From Alphaproteobacteria bacterium (GTDB lineage: Bacteria; Pseudomonadota; Alphaproteobacteria; SMXQ01), in NCBI GenBank assembly GCA_050485485.1, contig JBJHBM010000001.1:114916-178915 (forward strand): a stretch of 64,000 nt of DNA. Direction: 5' to 3'. The notes under the pieces were generated by a model. That model had not been told where the DNA came from and ran no database searches. It worked only from the letters and a program-made list of their open reading frames with translations. This document shows positions 34,840 through 44,621 of this stretch, piece by piece. Each line of letters opens with the position of its first letter. Positions within the stretch are counted from its first letter, which is position 1. A program made the position numbers and the translations under genes.

Positions 34840-35532
34840 ATGGGTGGCGGGGACGGCGACGAAGACGAGGTGCCGCTGGCCGGCCGCATCAAGGCGCGGC
34901 TGATCGCGGCCAAGGAGAAGGCCGCGCGCCTGCGCTGCCCGCGCGGCGCCGCGGCCCCCGCCGCCGGCGATTCCGCGCGCGAGCGTCTGCCGCCGGGCCA
35001 GCGCGTGGTCGGGAAGTGGCCGGTGCTTGACCTCGGGGTCACGCCGAGGCTCGACCCCGCCCGGTGGCATCTCGCGGTGGACGGGCTGGTGGCCGCGCCC
35101 GCCGACTGGAGCTGGGAGGAGTTCCTCGCCCTGCCGCAGACCGAGGTGGTCGCCGACGTCCACTGCGTCACCGGCTGGTCGCTCTACGATTCGGCGTGGC
35201 GCGGCGTCGCCGCCCGCGACCTGATCGTCCGCGTGATCCCCGCGCCGGAGGCGCGCTTCGTGCTGTTCCGCGCCCACGACGGCTACACCACCAACGTGCC
35301 GCTGGCGCGCTTCGCGGCCGGCGACGTGATGCTGGCCCATGCCCGCAACGGCGAGCCCATCGGCCCCGAGCACGGCGGGCCGGTGCGCGCGGTGATCCCC
35401 GGCCTCTACTTCTGGAAGTCCGCCAAGTGGGTGAGGCGCATCACCTTCGCCGCGGACGACGCCCCCGGCTACTGGGAGGTGCGCGGCTATCACAACGACG
35501 CCGACCCCTGGAAGGAGGAGCGCTACGGCTGA
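34840..35532 (+). CDS. Sulfite-oxidase-like molybdopterin-binding oxidoreductase domain protein
   Basis: HCVTGWS and GGPVRAVIPGLYFWKSAKWVRRI are typical of the Mo-cofactor-binding fold (YedY/MsrP-like). Confidence 0.7.
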   Translation: MGGGDGDEDEVPLAGRIKARLIAAKEKAARLRCPRGAAAPAAGDSARERLPPGQRVVGKWPVLDLGVTPRLDPARWHLAVDGLVAAPADWSWEEFLALPQTEVVADVHCVTGWSLYDSAWRGVAARDLIVRVIPAPEARFVLFRAHDGYTTNVPLARFAAGDVMLAHARNGEPIGPEHGGPVRAVIPGLYFWKSAKWVRRITFAADDAPGYWEVRGYHNDADPWKEERYG

Positions 35533-35548
35533 CGCCGCGGCGCGGCCG

Positions 35549-36211
35549 TCAGCCGTCCACGGCCGCGCGGGCGGCGCGGATCACGTCCTCGAACATCGGC
35601 ACCGTCAGGCGCCCGGTATTTGTGTTGAGGCGCGAGCAGTGGTAGCTCGCGATCACTCTGAGTCCGCCGGGCAGGCCGTGGTTGCGGCCGTGCCCGAACG
35701 GCGCGTCGCGGCGCCGCAGGCCGAGCGCCCGCACCACCGCGCCGTGGGCGATGTTGCCGAGGGTCACGACGCAGCGCAGCTTCCGCATGGCAACGATCTC
35801 GGCGGCGAGGAAGTCGTGGCAGGTCGCCGTTTCCTCGGCCGTCGGCTTGTTCCGGGGCGGCACGCAGCGCACCGCGTTGGTGATGCGCGCGCCGGCGAGC
35901 GCGAGCCCGTCGTCGCGACGGCCGCCGTAGCGGCCGGTCGCGAACCCGAACTTGAGCAGCGTGGGGTAGAGCAGCAGGCCCGCGTAATCGCCAGTGAACG
36001 GGCGCCCGGTGGCGTTGGCGCCGCGCAGCCCGGGCGCGAGCCCCACGACCAGCAGCGGCGCGTCGAGCGGCCCGAACGAAGGCACCGGCGCATTGTGCCA
36101 GTCGGGGAAGGCGGCGGCGTTGGCGGCGCGGAAGGCGGCGAGACGGGGGCAGAGCGCGCAGTTACGTGCCGGCTCCAACCGACGTGGAGCGGTCGGGGGC
36201 GGCGTCGGCAT
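35549..36211 (-). CDS. Uracil-DNA glycosylase, family 4/5 type
   Basis: CALCPRL...LLVVGLAPGLRGANATGRPFTGDYAG, and HxSRLN near the C-terminus. Confidence 0.8.
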   Translation of the reverse strand: MPTPPPTAPRRLEPARNCALCPRLAAFRAANAAAFPDWHNAPVPSFGPLDAPLLVVGLAPGLRGANATGRPFTGDYAGLLLYPTLLKFGFATGRYGGRRDDGLALAGARITNAVRCVPPRNKPTAEETATCHDFLAAEIVAMRKLRCVVTLGNIAHGAVVRALGLRRRDAPFGHGRNHGLPGGLRVIASYHCSRLNTNTGRLTVPMFEDVIRAARAAVDG

Positions 36212-36216
36212 CGGGC

Positions 36217-36786
36217 TCAGGCGGCGTCGTTGCCCTGGGCGGCCGCGGGCACGTGGTCGCGCGGGCGGCTGATGTTCGGCTCGATGTCGGTCAGGTCGAT
36301 GAACACGTCGGCCTGTCGGCGCAGCTCATCGGCCACCATCGGCGGTGAGGAGCGGATCGTGGACACCACGGTCACGCGCACGCCCCTGTGCTGCACCGCC
36401 TCCACCAGCCTGCGGAAGTCGCCGTCGCCCGAGAACAGCACGATATGGTCGAGCCGGTCCGCCATCTCCAGCATGTCGATGGCGAGCTCCATGTCCATGT
36501 TGCCCTTGATGCGGCGGCGCCCGTCGGGGTCGGTGAACTCCTTGGCGGCCTTGGTGACGACGGCGTAGCCGTTGTAGTCGAGCCAGTCCACAAGGGGCCG
36601 GATCGGCGAATATTCCTGGTCGTCCATCATCGCGGTGTAATAGAACGCGCGGATGAGCCGCGCTTGGCCGCCGAACAGGTGGAGCAGCTTCTTGTAGTCC
36701 ACGTCGAAGCCGAGATTGCGGGCGGAGGCGTAGAGGTTGGAGCCGTCGATGAACAGCGCCAATCGCTCTTCGGGGTAAAAGTGCAT
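36217..36786 (-). CDS. NYN/LabA-like domain protein
   Basis: ATG 36786 after AAGGA. LALFIDGSNLY...VLFSGDGDFRRLVEAVQHRGVRVTVVS. An AT-rich divergent promoter region lies upstream. Confidence 0.7.
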   Translation of the reverse strand: MHFYPEERLALFIDGSNLYASARNLGFDVDYKKLLHLFGGQARLIRAFYYTAMMDDQEYSPIRPLVDWLDYNGYAVVTKAAKEFTDPDGRRRIKGNMDMELAIDMLEMADRLDHIVLFSGDGDFRRLVEAVQHRGVRVTVVSTIRSSPPMVADELRRQADVFIDLTDIEPNISRPRDHVPAAAQGNDAA

Positions 36787-36935
36787 AATTAATTCCTTTT
36801 CTGAAAATCTTATGCGAGTTCTGGAGGTCGGGTTATAAGGTACTGATTTATATGAAAACACTATCTTATGTCTAAAGACATGGCAACCGTATTCGGAACG
36901 CCGGTCCCCGAAGCCGCCCGTTTCCGGAGGCGGCG

Positions 36936-37436
36936 GTGATCCTGGTCGGCCTGGGCGGCAACCTGCCGAGCCCGCGCTACGGCCCGCCGCGCGCGACGCT
37001 GGAGGCCGCGCTCGCCCGCATGGAGGCGCAGGGAATCCGGGTGCTGCGGCGCTCGCGCTTCTACCGCACGGCGCCGGTCCCGGCTTCGGACCAGCCGTGG
37101 TTCGTCAACGCGGTGGCGGCGGTGGAGACCGGCCTCGCCCCCGACGCCCTGCTCGCGGCGCTGCTCGGGATCGAGGCCGAATTCGGGCGCGTCCGCACCG
37201 TACCCAACGCGCCCCGGGTGCTGGACCTCGACCTGCTGGCCTACCACGAGGTCGTCAGCGCGCCGGGGGCGGTGCCGGAGTTGCCCCATCCGCGCCTCGC
37301 GGCCCGCGCCTTCGTGCTGCTGCCTCTTGCCGAGATCGTCCCGGACTGGCGCCATCCGGCCTCCGGCAAGGACGTCGCGACGCTGATCCGGGCATTGCCC
37401 CCGGAGCAGGCGGCGGCTCCGGTCGCCGCCCCTTAA
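36936..37436 (+). CDS. folK: 2-amino-4-hydroxy-6-hydroxymethyldihydropteridine pyrophosphokinase
   Basis: GTG start. ILVGLGGNL...PRVLDLDLL motifs. 166 aa. Confidence 0.85.
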   Translation: MILVGLGGNLPSPRYGPPRATLEAALARMEAQGIRVLRRSRFYRTAPVPASDQPWFVNAVAAVETGLAPDALLAALLGIEAEFGRVRTVPNAPRVLDLDLLAYHEVVSAPGAVPELPHPRLAARAFVLLPLAEIVPDWRHPASGKDVATLIRALPPEQAAAPVAAP

Positions 37437-37537
37437 AACCGCCCCCTTAAAAAGGCCCGAAACCGCGATATTCCTTGCTTTTCGGGGTATCGCTCCCTAT
37501 ATACTGCCCGAAATTTCCCCCCGATTCGGAGACCCGT

Positions 37538-37993
37538 ATGGCCCGCATTACCGTCGAGGATTGCATCCTCCAGATTCCGAACCGGTTCGACCTCGTTCTG
37601 GTCGCGGCGCAGCGCGCTCGCGACATTTCCAAGGGCGGCTCGCTGACCGTGGACCGCGACAACGACAAGAACCCGGTGGTCGCGCTGCGCGAGATCGCGG
37701 AAGAGACCATCGAGCCCGAAGCCCTGCGCCAGGGGCTGATCCAGGGGCTCCAGCGCCACGTCGAGCAGGACGAGCCCGAGGACGAGGACCCCGACCTGCA
37801 GGCGCTGGGCCAAGGCCTCGGCGTGATGAAGCCGGAAGAGGCGCTTCAGCGGCGCAGCCTGGTGGACGAGGAGATCGCCGAAGACGTGCTCACGGTCGGC
37901 GGGGACGCCATCGAGGAAGGGGCGGACATCGAGGAGGAAGCCGGCGAGGACGCCGCTTCCGACACGGAGGAGACGGACGAGCGCCAGGGCTGA
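37538..37993 (+). CDS. rpoZ: DNA-directed RNA polymerase omega subunit with acidic C-terminal extension
   Basis: [30 protein letters not shown]. Located directly upstream of rsh, which is classic synteny. Confidence 0.85.
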   Translation: MARITVEDCILQIPNRFDLVLVAAQRARDISKGGSLTVDRDNDKNPVVALREIAEETIEPEALRQGLIQGLQRHVEQDEPEDEDPDLQALGQGLGVMKPEEALQRRSLVDEEIAEDVLTVGGDAIEEGADIEEEAGEDAASDTEETDERQG

Positions 37994-38092
37994 CCCCGGC
38001 CCGGGGCGGGAGCCCCGGCCGCCGCGCCGGCGCGGCCGGCATTCCGGTCGGGACGGTTCGGGTGCCGGTCGGTTAGGTGATTGGGGCTTGGC

Positions 38093-40249
38093 ATGATCCG
38101 TCAGTTCGAACTCGTGGAAATGATCCGGGCCTACGATCCGGATATCGACGAGGACCTGATCAACCGGGCCTATGTTTTCGCCATGCGCGCCCACGGCTCC
38201 CAGAAGCGCGCCTCCGGCGATCCCTATTTCTCCCATCCGGTCGAGGTGGCCGGCATCCTCGCCGGGATGCGGCTCGACCAGCACACCATCGCGACCGCGC
38301 TGCTCCACGACACCGTGGAGGACACGCTCGCCACCGTGGAGGAGATCGAATCCCTGTTCGGTCCCGAGGTGGCGCGCCTCGTGGACGGGGTGACCAAGCT
38401 GTCGCGCATCGAGCTCCAGTCCGACAACACCCGCGAGGCCGAGAACTTCCGCAAGTTCCTGCTGGCGATGTCGGAGGACATCCGCGTGTTGCTGGTCAAG
38501 CTCGCGGACCGTCTCCACAACATGCGCACGCTCCGTTACATCTCCGATCCCGCGAAGCGCCGCCGCATCGCGGGCGAGACGATGGAGATTTACGCGCCGC
38601 TGGCCGAGCGCATCGGCCTGCACGACTTCAAGGACGAGCTCGAGGACCTCGCCTTCGCCGAGATCAACCCCGAGGCCCGTAACTCGATTCTGGCGCGGCT
38701 CGAATTCCTGCGCGCCCAGGGCGGCGACCTGGACGCGCGCATCATCGAGGAGCTGCGCAACACGCTGGCCGCCGCCGGCGTCGAGGCCGAGGTCACGGGC
38801 CGGGAGAAGCGGCCGTTCTCGATCTGGTCGAAGATGCAGCGCAAGAGCGTTGCCTTCGAGCAACTCGCCGACATCATGGCGTTCCGCGTGGTGGTGAACG
38901 ACCGCGAGGCGTGCTACCGCGCGCTCGGCGTCCTGCACGGCGCCTACCCGGTGGTGCCGGGACGCTTCAAGGACTACATCTCGACGCCCAAGCGCAACGG
39001 CTACCGCTCGCTGCACACCTGCATGATCGGTCCCAACCGCAACCGCATCGAGATCCAGATCCGCACCCACGAGATGCACGACGTCGCGGAGCACGGCGTC
39101 GCCGCGCACTGGGCCTACAAGCAGGACGCCCACGCTGACCGCGAGGGGCGACGCTACGGCTGGCTGCGCGAGTTGCTGCAGATTCTCGACCAGGCGTCGG
39201 GACCGGAGGAGTTCCTCGAGCACACCAAGCTCGAGATGTTCCAGGACCAGGTGTTCTGCTTCACTCCCAAGGGCGACCTCATCACCCTGCCGCGCGGGGC
39301 GACCCCGGTGGACTTCGCCTACGCGGTCCATTCGCGCATCGGAGATACCTGCGTCGGCGCCAAGATCAACGGCCGCATCATGCCGCTCAAGACCCAGCTC
39401 GAGAACGGCGACCAGGTGGAGATCATCACGTCCAAGGCGCAGAGCCCGTCGCCCACCTGGGAAGGCTTCGTCGTCACCGGCAAGGCGCGCGCCGCGATCC
39501 GCAAGTTCGTGCGCTCGCGCCAGATCCAGGAGTACGCCTATCTCGGCCGCGCCATTCTGCAGAAGGCGTTCGAGGAGGTGGGCTACCAGTATTCCGACAA
39601 GGCGCTGAAGGGCGTGCTCCGCGGATTCCGGCACGATTCGGCGGACGAGCTTCTGGCGGCTGTGGGATCGAGCGCCGTCACAGCCCGCGACGTGCTGCTC
39701 GCCGTGTTCCCCGGCCTCAAGGAGGAGCTAGAGCGCGGCACCGTCGGCACCAAGGTCGTGCCGCTCGCCGCCGCCCGCAAGGAACGCGGGCGCGACAAGG
39801 TCCAGGCCGTTCCCATCAAGGGCCTCACCCCCGGCATGGCGCTGCACTTCGCCAACTGCTGCCACCCGCTGCCGGGCGACCGCATCGTCGGCATCCTCAC
39901 GCCGGGCAAGGGCGTGACCATCCACACCATAGACTGCGACACGCTGGAGAGCTTTTCCGACATGCCGGAACGCTGGCTCGACGTTTCCTGGGACGCCGCC
40001 CAGGCCGAGGAGCGCGTGGGGCGCATCAACGTGACCGTCATCAACGAGCCGGGCGCGCTTTCCGCGCTCGCCTCGGTGATCGCCAAGAACTTCGGCAATA
40101 TCCTCAACCTCAAGATCACCCACCGCGCCGCCGATTTCTTCGAGATGGCGATCGACGTGGAGGTGAAGAACGTCAAGCACTTGAGCAACATCATCGCCGC
40201 GTTGCGCGCGACGCCCGCCATCAATTCGGTGGAACGGGCGCGCGGCTGA
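38093..40249 (+). CDS. spoT: Bifunctional (p)ppGpp synthetase/hydrolase Rsh (RelA/SpoT homolog)
   Basis: HD hydrolase motif (HDTVEDT), RelA/SpoT synthetase domain, and TGS and ACT C-terminal domains. About 718 aa. Confidence 0.9.
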   Translation: MIRQFELVEMIRAYDPDIDEDLINRAYVFAMRAHGSQKRASGDPYFSHPVEVAGILAGMRLDQHTIATALLHDTVEDTLATVEEIESLFGPEVARLVDGVTKLSRIELQSDNTREAENFRKFLLAMSEDIRVLLVKLADRLHNMRTLRYISDPAKRRRIAGETMEIYAPLAERIGLHDFKDELEDLAFAEINPEARNSILARLEFLRAQGGDLDARIIEELRNTLAAAGVEAEVTGREKRPFSIWSKMQRKSVAFEQLADIMAFRVVVNDREACYRALGVLHGAYPVVPGRFKDYISTPKRNGYRSLHTCMIGPNRNRIEIQIRTHEMHDVAEHGVAAHWAYKQDAHADREGRRYGWLRELLQILDQASGPEEFLEHTKLEMFQDQVFCFTPKGDLITLPRGATPVDFAYAVHSRIGDTCVGAKINGRIMPLKTQLENGDQVEIITSKAQSPSPTWEGFVVTGKARAAIRKFVRSRQIQEYAYLGRAILQKAFEEVGYQYSDKALKGVLRGFRHDSADELLAAVGSSAVTARDVLLAVFPGLKEELERGTVGTKVVPLAAARKERGRDKVQAVPIKGLTPGMALHFANCCHPLPGDRIVGILTPGKGVTIHTIDCDTLESFSDMPERWLDVSWDAAQAEERVGRINVTVINEPGALSALASVIAKNFGNILNLKITHRAADFFEMAIDVEVKNVKHLSNIIAALRATPAINSVERARG

Positions 40250-40273
40250 GGAACGGGGGCGCGGCGGAAAAAG

Positions 40274-40849
40274 ATGCTGTTCAGGCGGCGCGAGCAATCC
40301 TCCTTCTTCGGGAAGGTCGGCAACTCCCTCTGGCCGCGGTCGGGGTTCCGGCGTGCCGCGCGCTATCTCTCCCACCGCATCCGGCGCATGCCGGGCACCC
40401 CTTATGCCATCGCGGCCGGCTTCGCCTGTGGCGCGGCCGTCTCCATGCTGCCGTTGCCGGGGCTGCATTTCTTTCTCGGCGGGCTGCTGGCCTGGATCAT
40501 GCGCGCCTCCATCATCGCCTCCGCCCTCGGCACGGCGGTCGGCAATCCGTGGACCTTTCCGCTGATCTGGCTATGGATCTTCGAGGTCGGCAACTGGATG
40601 CTCGGTAGCGATGCGGTACTGGGACGCGGGGAGATCACGCTCGGCTTCATCTTCGACCATCCGCTGCAGGTGCTGCTGCCGATGATGGTGGGCGGCCTGC
40701 CGACCGCGGTGGTGACATGGATCGTGTTCTTCTGGCTGGTGCGCCGCATGGTATCGAGCTATCAGGTCCGTCGGCGGCAGCGGCTGGAGAAGGCGGCCAT
40801 CGCCTACCGCGCGCGCCGCATGGCGATCGAACCGGGGAATGTCGAATGA
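40274..40849 (+). CDS. DUF2062-family membrane protein
   Basis: Small polytopic protein. It is commonly found near pdxJ. Confidence 0.55.
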   Translation: MLFRRREQSSFFGKVGNSLWPRSGFRRAARYLSHRIRRMPGTPYAIAAGFACGAAVSMLPLPGLHFFLGGLLAWIMRASIIASALGTAVGNPWTFPLIWLWIFEVGNWMLGSDAVLGRGEITLGFIFDHPLQVLLPMMVGGLPTAVVTWIVFFWLVRRMVSSYQVRRRQRLEKAAIAYRARRMAIEPGNVE

Positions 40850-41613
40850 GCGCCGCCCGTCCCAGGCACCTTCGTCTCGGGGTCAACATCGACCACGTCG
40901 CGACCATCCGCAACGCGCGCGGCGGGGACCACCCCGATCCCGTGCGCGCGGCGCGCATCGCGGCGCAGGCCGGCGCCGACGGCATCACCGCGCACCTGCG
41001 CGAGGACCGGCGCCACATCTCCGACCGGGACATCCGCGCGCTCGCCCGCGAGATCGAGCTGCCGCTCAACCTCGAGATGGCGGCGACCGGGGAGATGCTG
41101 GAGATCGCGCTCGCGCACCGGCCCCACGCCGCCTGCATCGTGCCGGAGAAGCGCCAGGAGCTGACCACAGAGGGCGGCCTCGACGCGGCGGGAGGGCGCG
41201 CGCACCTTGCGCCGTTCGTCGCCCGCCTCGGCGCGGCCGGCATCCGGGTCTCGCTGTTCGTCGATCCCGACCCCGCGCAGATCGAGGCCGCCGCCGCGCT
41301 CGGCGCGCCGGTGGTGGAGCTCCATACCGGCCGCTACTGCGAGGAGAGCGGCGCCGCACGGACGGGCGAGCTCGACCGCCTCAAGGCGGCGGCGGCGCGC
41401 GCCGCCGCCCTCGGGCTCGAATGCCATGCCGGGCACGGCCTCACCTTCGACACGGTGGGCGACGTCGCCGCCATTCCCGAACTGGCGGAGCTCAACATCG
41501 GCCATTTCCTGGTGGGCGAGGCCATCTTCTCGGGCCTCGATTCGGCCATCAAGCGGATGCGCGCGCTGATGGACAAGGCCCGTGCCGATGCCGCCGGCCG
41601 GCGCTCGGCCTGA
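40846..41613 (+). CDS. pdxJ: Pyridoxine 5'-phosphate synthase
   Basis: [17 protein letters not shown]...[12 protein letters not shown]... 255 aa. Start overlaps the previous stop (ATGA). Confidence 0.9.
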   Translation: MSAARPRHLRLGVNIDHVATIRNARGGDHPDPVRAARIAAQAGADGITAHLREDRRHISDRDIRALAREIELPLNLEMAATGEMLEIALAHRPHAACIVPEKRQELTTEGGLDAAGGRAHLAPFVARLGAAGIRVSLFVDPDPAQIEAAAALGAPVVELHTGRYCEESGAARTGELDRLKAAAARAAALGLECHAGHGLTFDTVGDVAAIPELAELNIGHFLVGEAIFSGLDSAIKRMRALMDKARADAAGRRSA

Positions 41614-41620
41614 GGCGCCC

Positions 41621-42034
41621 ATGCTGATCGGCCTCGGCAGCGACCTGATCGATACGCGTCGCATCGCCCGCGTCATCGACCGCTACGGCGACCGCTTCCT
41701 CGACCGGGTCTTCACCGCGACCGAGCGCGCCAAGTCCGACCGGCGCCGCAACCGCGCGGAGAGCTACGCCAAGCGCTACGCCGCCAAGGAAGCCTGCTCC
41801 AAGGCCCTCGGCACCGGTTTCCGCAAGGGCGTGTTCTGGCGCGACATGGGGGTCGTCAACCTGCCGGGCGGCAAGCCGGGCATGGCGCTGACCGGAGGAG
41901 CCGCGCGCCGGCTCGCCGAGATCACGCCGCCCGGCTGCGAGGCGCGGATCGAAGTCTCGCTGACCGACGAGCCGCCGCTGGCCCAGGCCATCGTCATCAT
42001 CACGGCGGTGCCGTCCGGCGTCCGCAATCCTTGA
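41621..42034 (+). CDS. acpS: Holo-[acyl-carrier-protein] synthase
   Basis: [15 protein letters not shown]...EACSKALG. 137 aa. Confidence 0.85.
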   Translation: MLIGLGSDLIDTRRIARVIDRYGDRFLDRVFTATERAKSDRRRNRAESYAKRYAAKEACSKALGTGFRKGVFWRDMGVVNLPGGKPGMALTGGAARRLAEITPPGCEARIEVSLTDEPPLAQAIVIITAVPSGVRNP

Positions 42035-42131
42035 CAGGCCTCCGGGCGCGTGCATCCTAAGCCGGCGCTTGCGGGCCCCGGTTCGACGCGCGCAATAGGC
42101 CGGTTTTTCAATTCTTTAGACAGAAAGTTTC

Positions 42132-42899
42132 ATGGACGGCGCAAGCACAAAACCAGGGCCCAAGAGCAAGCGCGGCGGCAGCTTCTGGGACACGCTCAAG
42201 ACGGTCTTCTACGCGGGCCTCATCGCGCTCGGCATCCGGACGCTGGCTTACGAGCCGTTCAACATTCCCTCGAAATCGATGGTGCCGACGCTGCTGGTGG
42301 GCGACTACCTGTTCGTCTCCAAGTTCTCCTACGGCTATTCGCGCCATTCGCTGCCGTTCAGCATTCCGGTGATCTCCGGCCGCATCTTGGAACGCGCGCC
42401 GGAGCGCGGCGACGTCGCGGTGTTCAAGCTGCCGACCGATAACTCCACCGACTACATCAAGCGCATCGTCGGGCTGCCCGGCGACAGCATCCAAGTGACC
42501 GGTGGCATCCTGATGATCAACGGGACGCCCGTGGAACGCCGGCGCATCGGCGAATACGTGGACACGGACGAATACGGCAACGCCACCACCTTTGCCAAGT
42601 ACGTCGAGCGGCTGCCCAACGGCCGCGAGCACGTCATCCTGGAGCGTAGCGACGACGGCCAGCTCGACAACACGCCGGTCTACGAAGTGCCGCCCGGGCA
42701 TTATTTCGCGATGGGGGACAATCGCGACAACTCGCTCGATTCGCGCGTGCTCAACATGGTCGGCTTCATCCCCGCCGAGAACCTCGTGGGGCGGGCGGAA
42801 ATCCTGTTTTTCTCCACCGACGGCACGGCGCGGCTGTGGGAAGTGTGGCGCTGGCCGGGGGCGATCCGGTTCTCGCGCCTGTTCTCCGGGATTTCGTGA
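42132..42899 (+). CDS. lepB: Signal peptidase I
   Basis: PSKSMVPTLLVGDYLFVSKF (Ser region), KRIVGLPGD (Lys region) and GDNRDNSLDSR boxes. Confidence 0.9.
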   Translation: MDGASTKPGPKSKRGGSFWDTLKTVFYAGLIALGIRTLAYEPFNIPSKSMVPTLLVGDYLFVSKFSYGYSRHSLPFSIPVISGRILERAPERGDVAVFKLPTDNSTDYIKRIVGLPGDSIQVTGGILMINGTPVERRRIGEYVDTDEYGNATTFAKYVERLPNGREHVILERSDDGQLDNTPVYEVPPGHYFAMGDNRDNSLDSRVLNMVGFIPAENLVGRAEILFFSTDGTARLWEVWRWPGAIRFSRLFSGIS

Positions 42900-43669
42900 C
42901 GGGGCGCGGCGCCAGCGGCGGCAAGCGGCGGCGGGCGACGGAGGAGTCCTCGCCCGGCGCGGTGGCGGCGGGACGCGATCCGGCGACGCTCGCCCGCGTG
43001 CTCGGCCATGCCTTCTCCGATTCCGCGCTGCTCGCGGAAGCGCTGACCCATTCGAGCGCGGCGGCGGACCGCGGCCATCGGTTCGGCAACGAGCGCCTCG
43101 AATTCCTCGGCGATCGCGTGCTCGGCCTCGTGATCGCGGAGATGCTGATGGCGGAGTTCCCCGATGACGCCGAGGGCGCGCTGGCCCGCCGCCTCACCGG
43201 GCTGGTGCGGCGCGAGACGCTGGAGCATGTCGCCGAATCGCTCGACCTCGGGCGTTACGTCATCCTGGCCGAGAGCGAGGAGCGCGCCGGCGGGCGGCGC
43301 AACCGCAGCATCCAGGCCGACGCCTGCGAGGCGCTGATCGGCGCGCTCTATCTCGACGGCGGCATGGAGGTCGCGCGCCGCTTCATCCTGGAGCGCTGGC
43401 GGCCCCTGATCGACGCGCACGGGCGCGGCCGGCGTGACGCCAAGACGCGGCTGCAGGAATGGGCGCAGGGGCGCGGGCTCGCACTGCCGCACTACCGCGT
43501 GATCGCGCGCGAGGGACCGGCCCATGCGCCGCGTTTCACGGTGGAGGCGAGCGTCGGCGGCTATCCGCCCGCCGTCGGCGCGGCCCCGGCCAAGCGCGCG
43601 GCGGAGCAGAACGCGGCGGCCGCGCTGCTCGACCTGATCGACGCGGCGGGCGAGGGCGGCGATGTCTGA
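42896..43669 (+). CDS. rnc: Ribonuclease III; start codon uncertain (GTG overlapping the lepB stop; the ORF begins at 42836)
   Basis: ERLEFLGDRVLGLVIAEML catalytic signature. C-terminal dsRBD (AKRAAEQNAAAALL). Confidence 0.8.
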   Translation: MTGRGASGGKRRRATEESSPGAVAAGRDPATLARVLGHAFSDSALLAEALTHSSAAADRGHRFGNERLEFLGDRVLGLVIAEMLMAEFPDDAEGALARRLTGLVRRETLEHVAESLDLGRYVILAESEERAGGRRNRSIQADACEALIGALYLDGGMEVARRFILERWRPLIDAHGRGRRDAKTRLQEWAQGRGLALPHYRVIAREGPAHAPRFTVEASVGGYPPAVGAAPAKRAAEQNAAAALLDLIDAAGEGGDV

Positions 43670-44615
43670 GGCGGGGATTCCCGAAGGCGGCGCGCCCGCG
43701 CCCGACCGGCCGCGCATGGGCTTCGTCGCCCTGATCGGGGCGCCTAACGCGGGCAAGTCGACGCTGCTCAACGCGCTGGTCGGCTCGCACGTCGCCATCG
43801 TCTCGCCCAAGGTCCAGACCACCCGGATGCGGATGACGGGCATCTGCATGGCGGGGGAGGCGCAGATCGCCTTCATCGACACGCCCGGCATCTTCGCGCC
43901 CAGGCGCCGCCTCGACCGGGCGATGGTGGCCGCCGCCTGGAGCGGCGTGATGGACGCCGACGCCGTGGTGCTGGTGGCGGACGCAGAGCGCGCCGCCCGC
44001 GCGCCCGCGCGCATCGACCCGGAAACGGCCGAGATCGTGGCCGGGCTCAAGGCGCGCGGCTGCCGCGCGGCGCTCGCGCTTAACAAGATCGACCTGCTCG
44101 CGCGCGAGAGCCTGCTCGCGACGGTGGCGGCCCATGACGCCGCCATGACCTTCGAGCGCGTGTTCCTGGTCTCGGCGCGCGACGGCGACGGGGTCGCGGA
44201 CCTGCGCGACTGGCTCGCGGCCCAGATGCCGCAAGGGCCGTGGATGTATCCGCCCGACCAGCTCTCCGACCTGCCGATGCGCCTGCTCGCCGCCGAGATC
44301 ACGCGCGAGCAGGCGTTCCTCCGGCTTCACCAGGAACTGCCCTACGGCATCGCGGTGCAGACCGAGCGCTGGGAGGAGCGCGCCGACGGCTCGGCCCGCG
44401 TCGATCAGGTGATCCTGGTCGCGCGTGCGAGCCACAAGGGCATGGTGGTGGGGAAGAGCGGCGCCAAGGTGCGCGCCATCGGCGAGGCGGCGCGCCGCCG
44501 CCTCGAGGACATGCTGGGGCGGCGCGTACACCTGTTCCTGCACGTCAAGGTGGACGAGGCCTGGATGGAGAAGCCCGAGCACTACCGCGAGCTGGGGCTC
44601 GACTTCCGCTCTTAG
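43662..44615 (+). CDS. era: GTPase Era
   Basis: GAPNAGKST G1 motif, DTPG, NKID and a C-terminal KH domain. 317 aa. Confidence 0.9.
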   Translation: MSEAGIPEGGAPAPDRPRMGFVALIGAPNAGKSTLLNALVGSHVAIVSPKVQTTRMRMTGICMAGEAQIAFIDTPGIFAPRRRLDRAMVAAAWSGVMDADAVVLVADAERAARAPARIDPETAEIVAGLKARGCRAALALNKIDLLARESLLATVAAHDAAMTFERVFLVSARDGDGVADLRDWLAAQMPQGPWMYPPDQLSDLPMRLLAAEITREQAFLRLHQELPYGIAVQTERWEERADGSARVDQVILVARASHKGMVVGKSGAKVRAIGEAARRRLEDMLGRRVHLFLHVKVDEAWMEKPEHYRELGLDFRS

Positions 44616-44621
44616 CGCCGC

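Noticed and set aside
37433-39634. 733-aa minus-strand ORF
   Set aside because: Antisense to rpoZ and rsh.
42701-44582. 533-aa and 348-aa minus-strand ORFs
   Set aside because: Antisense to lepB, rnc and era.
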